Of a DNA stretch of 64,000 bases, positions 51,219-62,299 are shown in pieces (the first letter of the stretch is position 1; every line of letters starts with the position of its first letter). Both the position numbers and the translations under genes were made by a program. The notes beneath the pieces were generated by a model. The model did no database searches and was not told where the DNA came from. It saw only the letters and a list, made by a program, of their open reading frames with translations. The stretch is taken from NCBI GenBank assembly GCA_027622665.1, contig JAQBYT010000001.1, positions 128,001 through 192,000 on the forward strand, written 5' to 3'. The stretch comes from Verrucomicrobiota bacterium. GTDB taxonomy: Bacteria; Verrucomicrobiota; Verrucomicrobiia; Opitutales; Seribacteraceae.

Positions 51219-52700
51219 ATGGGTAAAGCCACTGGATTCATAGAATACGAACGCCGACCGATACCCGACCGGCCTCCTCTCGAACGCATCAAGGACTGGA
51301 ACGAAATCCACGAGCATTTTGAGGAGGATAAGATCGTTACTCAAGGTGCTCGCTGCATGGACTGCGGAACGCCCTACTGTCATACTGGGATTGTGCTAAA
51401 CAATATGGCAAGTGGATGTCCCATCAACAATCTAATCCCCGAGTGGAACGATCTCGTTTACAAGGGAAAATGGAGAGAAGCCCTTGACCGTCTTCACAAA
51501 ACGAACAATTTTCCCGAATTCACGGGTCGAGTCTGTCCTGCTCCTTGTGAAGGCTCCTGCGTGCTGGCTGTGATCGAGCCTCCCGTGGCGATCAAGAGTA
51601 TCGAGTGCGCCATCATCGATAAAGGCTTTGAGGAAGGCTGGGTAACACCCTGTCCACCCAAGATTCGAACTACAAAAAATGTAGCGGTTGTCGGATCCGG
51701 CCCTGCTGGTTTGGCTGCCGCCGATCAACTCAATAAGGCTGGGCACGCGGTCACCGTCTTCGAACGTGACGATCGAATTGGCGGACTCTTGATGTACGGT
51801 ATTCCAAACATGAAGCTCGAAAAATCTATCGTTCAGCGACGAGTGGATCTCATGGCTGCAGAAGGCATTGACTTCAAGACCTCCATAGAAATCGGTAAGG
51901 ATCTTCCTGCCAAGCAACTTACAGATGAGTTTGACTCCGTCGTGCTGTGCTGCGGCGCAACCAAACCCCGAGATCTTGCCGTCGAAGGTCGGGACCTCGA
52001 TGGCGTCCACTTTGCAATGCAGTTTCTTACTCGCAATACGCAAGGTCTCCTAGAGGCGAAGGATGCAACTGCTTTTGAGAAAGCAGCCAAAGGGAAGGAC
52101 GTCGTTGTCATTGGCGGCGGCGACACCGGGACCGACTGCGTGGGAACCTCTATGCGTCACGGTTGCAACAGCATCTCGCAGTTGGAAATCATGCCCAAGC
52201 CACCAGTCGAACGTGATGCAGGAAACCCTTGGCCTGAATGGCCTAAAGTTTACGCTCTCGACTATGGCCAAGAAGAAGCGAAGGCAGTTTTCGGTCAGGA
52301 TCCTCGGCAATATCTTGTTTCTACCAAAAAGTTTCTTGGCGATGACAACGGTGCTCTCCGGGGAATCCTGATCTGCGATATTCGATGGAAAGAAGAAAAC
52401 GGTCGCTTTGCTCCTCAGGAAATTCAGGGAAGTGAACGGGAAATCCCTGCCCAGCTCGCCTTTCTTGCTATGGGTTTTCTGGGTCCCGAAGACTCCATTG
52501 TAGAGGAACTCGATCTTGAGCGCGACAATCGCTCCAATGTGCGGGCGGATTATGGTAAATTTGAAACGAGCGTGGAAGGTGTATTTGCAGCAGGTGATAT
52601 GCGCCGTGGGCAATCCCTCGTAGTTTGGGCGATCAACGAGGGACGTGAAGCGGCGAGAGAATGCGACCGTTACCTCATGGGTGAAACTTCCCTTCCCTGA
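51219..52700 (+). CDS. gltD: Glutamate synthase small subunit
   Basis: [40 protein letters not shown] and [14 protein letters not shown]. Confidence 0.98.
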   Translation: MGKATGFIEYERRPIPDRPPLERIKDWNEIHEHFEEDKIVTQGARCMDCGTPYCHTGIVLNNMASGCPINNLIPEWNDLVYKGKWREALDRLHKTNNFPEFTGRVCPAPCEGSCVLAVIEPPVAIKSIECAIIDKGFEEGWVTPCPPKIRTTKNVAVVGSGPAGLAAADQLNKAGHAVTVFERDDRIGGLLMYGIPNMKLEKSIVQRRVDLMAAEGIDFKTSIEIGKDLPAKQLTDEFDSVVLCCGATKPRDLAVEGRDLDGVHFAMQFLTRNTQGLLEAKDATAFEKAAKGKDVVVIGGGDTGTDCVGTSMRHGCNSISQLEIMPKPPVERDAGNPWPEWPKVYALDYGQEEAKAVFGQDPRQYLVSTKKFLGDDNGALRGILICDIRWKEENGRFAPQEIQGSEREIPAQLAFLAMGFLGPEDSIVEELDLERDNRSNVRADYGKFETSVEGVFAAGDMRRGQSLVVWAINEGREAARECDRYLMGETSLP

Positions 52701-52713
52701 ACAATTATAGGTC

Positions 52714-53316
52714 ATGCAGGTTGTATGTCTTGACCTCGAAGGAGTGCTTGTTCCCGAAATTTGGATAGCATTTGCCGAAAAAGTAGGGGTAGAAGCTCTT
52801 AAGCGTACCACTCGAGACGAACCGGATTACGATGCGCTTATGCGTTACCGGTTAGATATTCTGGCCGAGCATGGTTTCACTCTGAATCAAATTCAAGAGG
52901 TGATTGAGACTTTAAGCCCTTTGCCAGGTGCAGTCGAATTTCTCGACAAACTTCGCTCGACCCACGAACTAGTCATTCTCTCGGACACTTTTCGTGAATT
53001 TGCTAACCCTCTCATGAAGCAGCTTGGATATCCCACGCTTTTTTGCCATGAACTCGAAGTCGAGGACGACGGAACCATCTCCGATTACTGCCTTCGGATC
53101 GCCGACCACAAGAGAAAGACCGTACAATATCTGCAAAAGCTTAACTTCGAAGTTATTGCCGGCGGCGACAGCTACAACGACCTCGGTATGCTGAAGACCG
53201 CCGAGCACTGTATTTTCTTTCGTCCGCCTCACTCTCTTGCCGCGGACTATCCAGAAGTTCCAATTGCTAAAGAACACCATGAACTTCTTAGCCTCATAGA
53301 AGACTGTTCATCATGA
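52714..53316 (+). CDS. thrH: Phosphoserine phosphatase / homoserine phosphotransferase (HAD family)
   Basis: CLDLEGVLVPEIW, TTRDEPDYD, ILSDTF and GDSYND. Confidence 0.93.
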   Translation: MQVVCLDLEGVLVPEIWIAFAEKVGVEALKRTTRDEPDYDALMRYRLDILAEHGFTLNQIQEVIETLSPLPGAVEFLDKLRSTHELVILSDTFREFANPLMKQLGYPTLFCHELEVEDDGTISDYCLRIADHKRKTVQYLQKLNFEVIAGGDSYNDLGMLKTAEHCIFFRPPHSLAADYPEVPIAKEHHELLSLIEDCSS

Positions 53317-53855
53317 TCACTATTATCGTTGGGACCAATCGCTCCGGAAGTGTTTCTGCTCAAGTTGCCGCCTTTGTCGCCAAAGTCTATGACGAACTTG
53401 GCATCAATAACCGTGTTCTGGACATTGCAGATCTACCACCCGAAACTTTTTCGCCGAACGCATATGTCGAAAAACCTCCTCGCGTCGTCGAGTTTACGGA
53501 GCAGATTCTTGCATCGTCCGGTCTTTTTGTCATTACCCCCGAATACAATGGAAGCATGTCCGGGGCGCTTAAGCTTTTCATCGACATGCTACCTTTCCCC
53601 GAAAGCTTTGAAGATCGTCCCGTCAGCTACATTGGAATTTCAGCTGGACAGTTCGGTGGCCTTCGCCCTGTCGAGCACTTGCAACAAGTGTTTGGCTATC
53701 GTAACGCCCTAAACTTTCCTCGCCGCGTTTTTATCCCTGACGTTGAGTCGGTCATGAAGCAATCGGGTGGATTAGGCGAAAGTGATTATGGAAAGCGAAT
53801 TCGTGAACAAGCCAAGAGTTTCGCTGAATACTGTAAAGCCCTTGGCAAACTATAA
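53313..53855 (+). CDS. NADPH-dependent FMN reductase
   Basis: GTNRSGS and TPEYNGSMSGALKLFID. Confidence 0.9.
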   Translation: MITIIVGTNRSGSVSAQVAAFVAKVYDELGINNRVLDIADLPPETFSPNAYVEKPPRVVEFTEQILASSGLFVITPEYNGSMSGALKLFIDMLPFPESFEDRPVSYIGISAGQFGGLRPVEHLQQVFGYRNALNFPRRVFIPDVESVMKQSGGLGESDYGKRIREQAKSFAEYCKALGKL

Positions 53856-53900
53856 TGTTTATTCTTTCACTCCTCCTTCAAAAAGAAAAAATCTACGGCT

Positions 53901-55103
53901 ATGTCACAATCACCTGCTGAAGATCGATATTCGCAACGCGGTGTTTCCTCGTCAAAGGCTGAGGTTCATGCAGTTGTGGACAAATTGGATCACGGTCTCT
54001 TCCCGGGAGCATTTTGCAAGGTTACCGAAGATTCGCTAACAGGAAATCCCGATTCTTGTTGCGTTATACATTCGGACGGCGCCGGCACAAAATCCATTCT
54101 TGGATACCTTCACTATCGAGAAACAGGTGATCCCGACGTCTTTCGGGGTATCGCTCAAGACAGCATCGTCATGAACGTAGACGATCTCGCATGCATCGGT
54201 GCCCTCGACCGCATCGTTATTTCGAGTACCGTAAACCGTAACGCCCGAAATTTCCCAGGGGACGCTCTCGCCGCTCTGATTGAGGGTACTGAAGAGTTTT
54301 TGGCAATGCTGCGTGATCTTGGCGTCCAAATAATTGGTGGAGGAGGGGAGACTGCCGACGTCGGCGACCTTACCGGTACCGTTGCCGTCGATTCCTGTGC
54401 CGTTGCCGTCATGCCTAGGTCTCAGGTATTGGATAACGCGAACATCCACTCCGGACTTGCCATTGTGGGACTCTCCTCCACCGGGCAAGCCACTTACGAG
54501 AATGTTGAAAACAGTGGCATAGGGAGTAACGGACTAACTAGTGCTCGTCACGAAATGCTTTCTCCCCACTATCGAGAGGCATATCCCGAAACCGTGGATT
54601 CCCACACCCCAACAGATCTAACTTACTGTGGCCCGTACCGTATGAACGATCCTCTTCCCGACTCTTCACTTACGGTGGGACAAGCTCTCTTGAGTCCTAC
54701 ACGAACCTACTTGCCCGTGGTCAAAGTCTTACTTGCCGAGATGAGATCAGCTATTTCCGGTCTCGTACATTGCTCGGGAGGTGGCCAGACAAAGTGCCTA
54801 CGCTTCGGCTCTGGCGTCAAGCATGTGAAGGACAACCTCTTTCCCATACCATCTCTTTTCCGCGAAATTCAACGGGCTTCAGGCACCACCGATCGGGAGA
54901 TGCATCGCGTCTACAACCTCGGTCATCGTTTCGAGGTTTTCTGTGAACCAAAGGCAGCCGACGACGTTATCGCCGTCGCCAATGGCTTCGGCATTGAAGC
55001 GAAAGTCGTGGGACATACCGAACCCACCGAACGTGAGGACGGAGCCAACCAACTCTTCATCCGTCGGGGCGAAACTGAACTTGCCTACGCCTTGGACGAG
55101 TGA
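53901..55103 (+). CDS. purM: Phosphoribosylformylglycinamidine cyclo-ligase (AIR synthase)
   Basis: [42 protein letters not shown] and HCSGGG. Confidence 0.88.
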   Translation: MSQSPAEDRYSQRGVSSSKAEVHAVVDKLDHGLFPGAFCKVTEDSLTGNPDSCCVIHSDGAGTKSILGYLHYRETGDPDVFRGIAQDSIVMNVDDLACIGALDRIVISSTVNRNARNFPGDALAALIEGTEEFLAMLRDLGVQIIGGGGETADVGDLTGTVAVDSCAVAVMPRSQVLDNANIHSGLAIVGLSSTGQATYENVENSGIGSNGLTSARHEMLSPHYREAYPETVDSHTPTDLTYCGPYRMNDPLPDSSLTVGQALLSPTRTYLPVVKVLLAEMRSAISGLVHCSGGGQTKCLRFGSGVKHVKDNLFPIPSLFREIQRASGTTDREMHRVYNLGHRFEVFCEPKAADDVIAVANGFGIEAKVVGHTEPTEREDGANQLFIRRGETELAYALDE

Positions 55104-55936
55104 ATCCCCATGTCATGAGCCTTCATAACGCCCATGCAGCTATTACTTCCCGTTGGCCGGAAGCAAAACCGCGACATGCCATGGTTTGTGGCTCCGGGTG
55201 GGGTGGAGTCGGCGAATCCTTTTCCGTTCTTGGAACAATACCTTACGGCGAAATTCCCATCTTGGGAGCTTCCACTGTAGAAGGTCACGCGGGACAGTTG
55301 CTGCTCGCCGAAGTCGCGGGAACGGAAATCCTTATTTTTCAGGGCCGTCGCCACTTCTATGAAGGTGAGGGATGGGAACCTGTCGTTGCTCCTGTCCGGA
55401 TCGCCAAAAGCCTTGGCGTTAAAACGCTGCTTCTAACCAATGCCGCCGGCGGCATCAATGAAACCTTTGCCCCTGGCAACCTAATGGTCGTGACCGATCA
55501 CATCAACCTGATGGCAGGCAATCCTCTCATAGGTCCTCACGACCCTTTTCTCGGACCTCGTTTCCCCGACCAGACTCTGGTCTACGATTCTTCCCTTCGC
55601 GAAAAACTCCTCGCAGCCGGCGAGGAAGCAGACTCGCCTCCGCAACAAGGCGTTTATCTTGCTCTCTCGGGACCCGCCTTTGAAACTCCTGCCGAAATTC
55701 GCGCTTTTGGCAAGCTGGGCGCAGATGCCGTGGGCATGTCTACCGTACCCGAGGCCATGGTGGCAAACGCCGCCGGTCTCCGAGTGGCGGCGCTGTCCTG
55801 CATCAGCAACTTAGCGGCCGGCATTTCCAGTCAACCTCTCTCTCACGAAGAAGTTAACGAAACCGCCCAATTGGCTATGCCTCGCATGAGGCAGTTGGTG
55901 GCGGCTTACTTTGAGAAAATCTGTGAGAAGGATTAG
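55100..55936 (+). CDS. Purine-nucleoside phosphorylase (trimeric type)
   Basis: [38 protein letters not shown] and AVGMSTVPE. Confidence 0.93.
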   Translation: MNPHVMSLHNAHAAITSRWPEAKPRHAMVCGSGWGGVGESFSVLGTIPYGEIPILGASTVEGHAGQLLLAEVAGTEILIFQGRRHFYEGEGWEPVVAPVRIAKSLGVKTLLLTNAAGGINETFAPGNLMVVTDHINLMAGNPLIGPHDPFLGPRFPDQTLVYDSSLREKLLAAGEEADSPPQQGVYLALSGPAFETPAEIRAFGKLGADAVGMSTVPEAMVANAAGLRVAALSCISNLAAGISSQPLSHEEVNETAQLAMPRMRQLVAAYFEKICEKD

Positions 55937-57735
55937 TTTTCCTTCTCCGTCTCCGCCTCCTCCTCAACTTTGGGCGAGGAGGCAGGAATTTTGTCCGGAA
56001 TCGCTTCCGCTTGCAAAGCCGCCTTTTCGCTTTCGAAGTAGTCGACGCCCGCCTTGATGGTCTTCAGGGGAATCTTCACGTCGGTGGAGAACCGTCCGTC
56101 ACCAACGCTGATCGAACCGGTGACGGGGGCGAAGTCCAGTTTGCTGATGCCTTCCACAATCCGTTTCGTGGATTCCTCATCTAGTAGCGTATCGCCCATG
56201 CTTCCAATAATGAGCTTTGCATATTTGCCGACATCCATGCTCCAGCGGGCCATTTGCCCGGGTTCGAGTTTGAGATTTTCGGCAAGACTGTTTTCCACGG
56301 GCGTCCCCGCCTTTAAGGTTCGGAGGAGCCCGCCAAGCTGCTCTTTGTCCATAGCAACGACGTAATGACCGTTCGTAACGGCATACAAGTAAGTCATGTT
56401 CGAGTAGGGTAAGCCAGCGGGGAAAAGCGAGGGGTCGGCTTCTTCGACATCCATCTTCATCGAAAAACGGTGCGTCGGAATACCTTCGACCGGCTCCCCT
56501 TTCTCAAAGTTGAATTCATACTTCACCCCCAGGCTTTTCAAGAAATCGATTTTCTCGAACATGTCTTGGGTTAGCTTCATGTAATCGGTGAACATTTTAC
56601 CAATTTCCTCGGAAGACGCCTTAGAGGAACCGACTTGAACAATGTTCATGGCGGCTGGTTTCGCTGAAAAATCGTACCGAATCGCCGTTTGTCCGCCATA
56701 GAGCTTGGCCAAGTCGGCGATGAGGACCTCGTACCGTTCGAGCAATTCCTTGAACTCACCTTGGAAGAGTGGGGTAACCTTACCGAGAATATGCTCAATG
56801 TATTCAATGTAGCTCACCATGTCTAAGTTCGTCACGACATCGATCAGGCCGCCGGACTCGACGTATTTCGCCACCGTCACTTCACCACCGTCGCCTTTGG
56901 AGGAAAAGAGCGCCGACAAGGCCGAACCATCTTTGGCCGACAAGGTGGAGCGAGCGAGGATTTCCTCGGTCGAGAGGAGTAGGTTGATTTTCGCGGAATC
57001 GAGAGTGGCGACCTCGTCGAGGGAAATGCCGATCAATTTCCCAAAACTTGCCTTGGTGTCGTCATCTAACGGGGATGCGGCAAGTCCACCCTCCGCCAAA
57101 GCTTTGATCTTAGGCATTTCCGCCCAAACCGGAGCAAAACGGATTCCCGCCTCCAAATCGCCTTCGGGAGCCTGTTCCGCAAAAGAGATTAGGGGAGACC
57201 AATCCTTCACCTGAGAAAGCAATTCGGGTGCCCTCGTGGCGAGGGTCCAACCATCTTGGTCGACCATCACAAGCTTGAAGTTCTCGGCCTGCTTGCGAAT
57301 GGGGCTGTCCTTGCTCAATTTCACGGCAAGAACGAATGTGGGGTCGCCCCCGAACTCATCGAAAACAAATAAGGTCATGGATGCATTCGCATCGATGGAG
57401 GCGAGACTCAAGTCGCCCAAGACCATACCGGCCAATGCCGGGAGCATGGCGATTTGCGGATCCGGCTTCACCGCTTGTGCCACCGCAACGGCCTTCAGCA
57501 AGAGTTTTGGCAATGCGATGGTCTTCAGATACGCGAAAGGTTGCGTTTCCGCACCCGTCAGTTCGATAGTGGGCACAAGGGGTGAAAGCTTGGGCGGCTT
57601 GGCGGCAATATTGGTCGTAGAGGTTTCGACAGCAGATGAACTGTTGGCATCATTGACTGGAGAGGAGGATTCGCCACCGCAACCGGAAAAGAAGAAGGGG
57701 GCTACAAGACCGAGAAGGAGAGGGAAGTTTTTCAT
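55933..57735 (-). CDS. Hypothetical lipoprotein
   Basis: MKNFPLLLGLVAPFFFSG-C lipoprotein signal at 57735; long ORF; no family recognised. Confidence 0.8.
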   Translation of the reverse strand: MKNFPLLLGLVAPFFFSGCGGESSSPVNDANSSSAVETSTTNIAAKPPKLSPLVPTIELTGAETQPFAYLKTIALPKLLLKAVAVAQAVKPDPQIAMLPALAGMVLGDLSLASIDANASMTLFVFDEFGGDPTFVLAVKLSKDSPIRKQAENFKLVMVDQDGWTLATRAPELLSQVKDWSPLISFAEQAPEGDLEAGIRFAPVWAEMPKIKALAEGGLAASPLDDDTKASFGKLIGISLDEVATLDSAKINLLLSTEEILARSTLSAKDGSALSALFSSKGDGGEVTVAKYVESGGLIDVVTNLDMVSYIEYIEHILGKVTPLFQGEFKELLERYEVLIADLAKLYGGQTAIRYDFSAKPAAMNIVQVGSSKASSEEIGKMFTDYMKLTQDMFEKIDFLKSLGVKYEFNFEKGEPVEGIPTHRFSMKMDVEEADPSLFPAGLPYSNMTYLYAVTNGHYVVAMDKEQLGGLLRTLKAGTPVENSLAENLKLEPGQMARWSMDVGKYAKLIIGSMGDTLLDEESTKRIVEGISKLDFAPVTGSISVGDGRFSTDVKIPLKTIKAGVDYFESEKAALQAEAIPDKIPASSPKVEEEAETEKEN

Positions 57736-57800
57736 GTGGGATTGGACTGGTTGTTTTAAAAAAACAGAACCGATAATTGTGGGATATAATTGATGGAAGG

Positions 57801-58217
57801 TCAAAGAAAACGATCGGTCTCACCAGAGTGGGGTAGGGAACATGAGTCCATCTTGCCGAACCAACGGTATCGATTGCGGGCTATCCATTTGTAGATTAGG
57901 TCGCGAATTGGTCGCGGTATAAGCAGAAACACTGTCGCCGCATACCAAGGGAATCTCAAGTGCCTACAAGCTCTCAGGAAAGCGGATGAATTGAGATGGG
58001 AGTTTTCACCTTCAACGAAGACGATGCTGGAGAGATGGTCATCGGGCAACCCGTACTTCTCGAGGATACACCGACCGGATTCGGATTGCAGGGAAGCAAA
58101 ACGTAGCCGCTGCCTCCGATCGTGTTTTATAAAGAAGCGAACGGCGCCGTTACATAGGTTACAGACCCCATCGAACAGAATTACCAAATTCTGCTCCTTG
58201 TCCTGATTTTGCCTCAT
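57801..58217 (-). CDS. DCC family thiol-disulfide oxidoreductase (DUF393)
   Basis: ILFDGVCNLC, FASLQS and RDLIYKWIARNRYRWFG. Confidence 0.92.
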   Translation of the reverse strand: MRQNQDKEQNLVILFDGVCNLCNGAVRFFIKHDRRQRLRFASLQSESGRCILEKYGLPDDHLSSIVFVEGENSHLNSSAFLRACRHLRFPWYAATVFLLIPRPIRDLIYKWIARNRYRWFGKMDSCSLPHSGETDRFL

Positions 58218-58325
58218 TCAACAAATGAATGAACTTGGTTATCGGCGTTGTCCAACCGATTCCCGTCGAAGTGTCTTGCTTCTAACCCTTCTCCACGCAA
58301 CCTGTAATCCCGTATAAAAGCGATT

Positions 58326-58745
58326 ATGAATCACCACAAACTAGAAGAGGGCAGCCAGTTGGCCCTCGACTTCACAAAACTCAAGAAGGTTGCCGAGTGT
58401 GACGAAGGTCTCGTGCCTGCCGTCGCCCAGAACGCGGATACGGGAGAGGTTTTGATTGTTGGTTATGCAAATAAACTAGCCCTTGAGACAACTCTCGACC
58501 AAGGAATGGCCACCTTCTGGAGCACCAGCCGCAACGAACTATGGATCAAGGGCAAGACCTCGGGAGACTTCTTGGAAATCGTGGAAGTCTGCGTTAACTG
58601 CGAGCAAAACTCACTCCTATACCGAGTTCGACCCAAAGGAGCGGGTGCTTGTCATACCTCGGGGGCAAACGGCAGCGCTAGATCGGGTTGCTACTATCGT
58701 GTTCTGCGGGATGGCTCGCTTTCTTTTCGCGAAGGCATGGAATAA
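58326..58745 (+). CDS. hisI: Phosphoribosyl-AMP cyclohydrolase
   Basis: GLVPAVAQ, FWSTSRNELWIKGKTSG, NCEQNSLL and GACHT...CYYR. Confidence 0.9.
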   Translation: MNHHKLEEGSQLALDFTKLKKVAECDEGLVPAVAQNADTGEVLIVGYANKLALETTLDQGMATFWSTSRNELWIKGKTSGDFLEIVEVCVNCEQNSLLYRVRPKGAGACHTSGANGSARSGCYYRVLRDGSLSFREGME

Positions 58746-58754
58746 CGGTCCGAC

Positions 58755-59825
58755 TTACTTTTTCCCCAGCAGTTGGCTTTCCAAGAACTTTCGAACTCGG
58801 CTGTCAACTTCGGCGCCTCCTAACCCGTGGCCCATCCCTTCCATCCCAAGGAAGTCGCTTTTTACGCCGGCTTTCCGTAACGCCGCATGAAAGATTTCAG
58901 CTTGATTGAAAGGTACCAACGGATCATCGGTTCCGTGTACGATTAGGATTGGGGCGTCGTCCCTGGTTACATAAGTGACGGGGGAGGCGTTATCGGCCAA
59001 CTTTTTGTTTTCCTGAATGGCACCACCAACAAGTTGGCTTTCCGGGGAATTAGGCGAGTCATGATCGATTTTGCTTGGGAACTTCCCCATCGAGAGGAGA
59101 TGCGTGGGACCACAAAAGTCGACCACGCAGTTAACGCGACTGTCCTCGACGAGATGTTTGCCGAGTTTGCCCTCGAGGCTTTTCACCTCTCCGCTAACGC
59201 CCATCATGGCTACAAGGTGACCGCCCGCGGAATTACCCCAAACGGCCAAACGAAGGGGATCAAAACCATATTCCTTCGCGTTTCCCTTTAGCCAACGGAT
59301 AGCCGCTTTGCAGTCATGAATCTGACTGGGCCAGATCGATTCCCCACTCAAACGGTAATTTATCGCAGCGGCCGCAAAAGAGCCTGTGTTCAAATACGGT
59401 GCCAATTTGCCGATCACACTCTCCTTGCTACCGTTTTTCCAACCTCCCCCGTGGATGTAGACGATAATGGGCAAGCTCTCGTCTTTCGTTCGATCTTTTG
59501 GAAGAAAGAGATCGAGGGTCTGCCGTGGGTTGTCGGTACCCGCGTAGGACAGGTTGCGGAAAGCTTGAACACCCTCAGGCAGTGGTCGCGGTTGCCTTGG
59601 ATCTCGCGAGCGTTTGACGAAGGCTTCGTGCTCGTCCGGTGAAATGCTTCCGTCCTGGTTGCGGTCGACTCGCTTAAAGTTCGGTCGGGCGTTTTGGGGT
59701 AATTCCCCAATCGACAGTTTACCGTTCTTATCCTTGTCCCATTGATCGAAGGTTTGCTTAGGTGTTCTCGCGGTCAAACAGGACCCAACTAAGGTAAGGA
59801 AGAAGAGAGTGAGGATGGTTTTCAT
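58755..59825 (-). CDS. Exported alpha/beta hydrolase (esterase) with an N-terminal EF-hand pair
   Basis: Signal peptide, DKDKNGKLS and DRNQDGSIS loops, HGGGW, GNSAGG, HGTDDPLV and GMGHG. Confidence 0.9.
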   Translation of the reverse strand: MKTILTLFFLTLVGSCLTARTPKQTFDQWDKDKNGKLSIGELPQNARPNFKRVDRNQDGSISPDEHEAFVKRSRDPRQPRPLPEGVQAFRNLSYAGTDNPRQTLDLFLPKDRTKDESLPIIVYIHGGGWKNGSKESVIGKLAPYLNTGSFAAAAINYRLSGESIWPSQIHDCKAAIRWLKGNAKEYGFDPLRLAVWGNSAGGHLVAMMGVSGEVKSLEGKLGKHLVEDSRVNCVVDFCGPTHLLSMGKFPSKIDHDSPNSPESQLVGGAIQENKKLADNASPVTYVTRDDAPILIVHGTDDPLVPFNQAEIFHAALRKAGVKSDFLGMEGMGHGLGGAEVDSRVRKFLESQLLGKK

Positions 59826-59934
59826 TTTGGAAAGGTTGTAGGCCAGAAAAGTAACCCCCCGACACTTCGCTTACTTCACGTGAAATTCAAAGTTGCTGTC
59901 ACTAAAAGAAAACAAATCGTTTTCTTGAGCCGAG

Positions 59935-62199
59935 TTAATTTACAACATGTACGGTGTTCCAAATCTTGGTAACGATCTCTTCTCCATCCACGGTCTCGAT
60001 GTCTATGTCGATTTCCATTTGGTGTGCAGGACCGATGGTCGGGACTTCGAGAAAAACAGTTTTACCGTCTCCTAATAATTTGGCTGCCTTCACCTCGTAT
60101 GTCTTTTTGTCTTGGTCGCCAGAGCCATAGCCATGAGTCCATCGGATATTTGACGAACGGATCGAGTAACTTGTTCGATCCTCGGCCAATTCTTTGTCTA
60201 GCTTTGCCGTGAAGTCTATCTCGATACCGTTACTTTTTATTCTAAGCCCTTTCGGCATGGCCACCATTTTGCCCGTGAACCGAACGCGATCGAGCCCCCC
60301 TTGCTTGCCGGCATTTGTCTGCCAACCCTTTAGCCCTGAGACGTACAACTGCCCATCATGTGGATTAAAGCGACCTCTCATACAACTGGAGGAAAAGCGA
60401 AGGGGGAACTTCACCACTCCTCCCTGCATTTGACCGCCCTTGTCCTCCTTTAGGACCAGATACAGGGCGCTGCGACCATATGACATATGCAGTAATTCCT
60501 TGTCGAAGGGCCCCCAACGGTCACTTGTAACCCAAACCTGCCCACCTCCGGAGTTATCCACTGCCTTGGGCAACCAAGCCAAAGGCTTTGGTGCCTCGGT
60601 CGGATCAAGATGCTGCGGTCGCCCATTGGATCGTTCCCCAACAGTGGGCGTGGTTTTGAATTTATCATAGTTGGCGGCCACATCGACCACGCCATGAAAA
60701 CTTCCTGGCTTCATCCAATTGATGGGAGAACGTGGTACGAAGGTTCCTTCGTTGTCACCGCTGGTCACTTGACCGTCAGGACTCACTCCCATGCCGTTGG
60801 GTGCTCGCAGGCCAGTAGCGTAGCGTTCGAGTCGACTGCCGTCCTTGGAGATCTTTATGATCGAGCCATGGTGCCGGCCAAGGCGCTCGAAGCTTCGGCC
60901 ACCCGAACGAACCGGGCTACCGAAGGCGAAATAGAAATTACCCACCTTGTCGGTGTGTAGGTCGAAGCAGAAGGCGTGGAAACCGCTGGTCAAGTCCCAG
61001 TCGTTGTTAAAGTTTTCATAGAAATCAGCTTCGTCGTCACCGTTGAAATCGTGAAAGCGAGTAATCTGGTCGTCGGCCACGGTATATATGACATCGTCCA
61101 CAATCTTGAGCCCCAAGGGTTCGTGTAGTCCTGCGGCAAAACGTTTCCATTCCAAATTCTCCAGTTTTTCGTCGATATTGCGGACCAACCAAACATCACC
61201 GTCCCATGTTGATAAAGCTGCGCTCTTTCCATCTTTAAAGAAATCGAAGCCACCGATGCGCATTTGCATGCCGTAGGGATTGTTAAAGGGCACCGTGAGT
61301 CGATCGATCACATATGCCTTGTCCTCCTTGGAGACTTCTCCCTTTGTTTTGACAGTCTCTTTCCAGCGAGTGCCGCCGCCCTTGGTCAATGCCAACAAGT
61401 CCTCGGGCTTGGTGGAGATCTTCTTCAGATCTTCTACATTGCCCTTGCCATAAAGGACTTGAAAAGTCGTTACGCCCTTGTTCCCTGGCAAGTGAAGAAG
61501 ATTCAAGCCGTCTTTGATCTCCTGCTTGGCTCCCTCGGGAACATGTGCCGTGGTAACGATTTCGCCATCTCTGGCGTCGGAGAGGACAAGGGTTTTGTCC
61601 TTACCGTCTCCCGCAATACGGATTGTTCTTATGATAGCCGAAAGACCGTCTTTTTCCACCAAAGTAGGTGATTCCAACACCTTTGCCCCGCCCACAGTAT
61701 ATTTGAGAACTACCCGATTTCCATGAACGTAAAGGCCACCGAACTTTGCCCAATCTCGAGGCAAGGGGCCTAAAGGCGAGTATTTGCCTTCTCTTGGGTC
61801 AGCCAGTTCGCCTTTAGGCGACGCCCATCCGGGTCGGGCCTGTGTAACGAACAATTTCTCCCCGCCGTGCGAAGGGAAGCTTCCGTGTCCTCCCGTGAAA
61901 GGTAGACCATCCAATTTCAATCCACCCGTGGTCCAACCCGCTGACATACGCAAAGTATCGCCATCAAAGACTGCGCAGGCATTACCTGATTCATTCAGGC
62001 GTACGACGATTCCTCGATAAGAGACGTTGTCTCCCTTGGCGTCGCGACCCACATTAACAGCGGTACCCACCCATGACCCATACTTACTGGGCACGGCGTC
62101 AAGTTCCGTAAGGACATTGAATCCAGAAATGATTCCCATGAGGATGGTTCCCGTCAGGAGGTTTTGGATGAGGTAAACAGTGGATTGTATGGATTTCAT
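59935..62199 (-). CDS. PVC-type exported beta-propeller protein (DUF6797-like)
   Basis: GDVW, WKRFAAGLHEPLGL, ATGLRAPNG, DNEG and DNSGG motifs typical of this PVC protein class. Confidence 0.7.
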   Translation of the reverse strand: MKSIQSTVYLIQNLLTGTILMGIISGFNVLTELDAVPSKYGSWVGTAVNVGRDAKGDNVSYRGIVVRLNESGNACAVFDGDTLRMSAGWTTGGLKLDGLPFTGGHGSFPSHGGEKLFVTQARPGWASPKGELADPREGKYSPLGPLPRDWAKFGGLYVHGNRVVLKYTVGGAKVLESPTLVEKDGLSAIIRTIRIAGDGKDKTLVLSDARDGEIVTTAHVPEGAKQEIKDGLNLLHLPGNKGVTTFQVLYGKGNVEDLKKISTKPEDLLALTKGGGTRWKETVKTKGEVSKEDKAYVIDRLTVPFNNPYGMQMRIGGFDFFKDGKSAALSTWDGDVWLVRNIDEKLENLEWKRFAAGLHEPLGLKIVDDVIYTVADDQITRFHDFNGDDEADFYENFNNDWDLTSGFHAFCFDLHTDKVGNFYFAFGSPVRSGGRSFERLGRHHGSIIKISKDGSRLERYATGLRAPNGMGVSPDGQVTSGDNEGTFVPRSPINWMKPGSFHGVVDVAANYDKFKTTPTVGERSNGRPQHLDPTEAPKPLAWLPKAVDNSGGGQVWVTSDRWGPFDKELLHMSYGRSALYLVLKEDKGGQMQGGVVKFPLRFSSSCMRGRFNPHDGQLYVSGLKGWQTNAGKQGGLDRVRFTGKMVAMPKGLRIKSNGIEIDFTAKLDKELAEDRTSYSIRSSNIRWTHGYGSGDQDKKTYEVKAAKLLGDGKTVFLEVPTIGPAHQMEIDIDIETVDGEEIVTKIWNTVHVVN

Positions 62200-62299
62200 A
62201 ATATGTATTCGAGTATGCTCTCTCTCCCTTAGAATCCGTCAACGCGAAAGGCTGACTAGGGTGAAAAAACCACCCTCGAGAACCTAACACTTTTAGTAG

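Noticed and set aside
20332..57735. D/E-x-N-x-S/T sequons in exported or membrane proteins (DVNST, DANSS, DSNGT, ELNDT, DANAS) suggesting bacterial N-glycosylation
   Set aside because: The same pattern occurs in cytoplasmic AtpD, AtpA and RecA, and no oligosaccharyltransferase of the PglB type is in the window, so no enrichment can be claimed.
59872..59887. TACTTCACGTGAAATT, a parS-like core in an intergenic region
   Set aside because: Only 12/16 match, with both outer arms broken.
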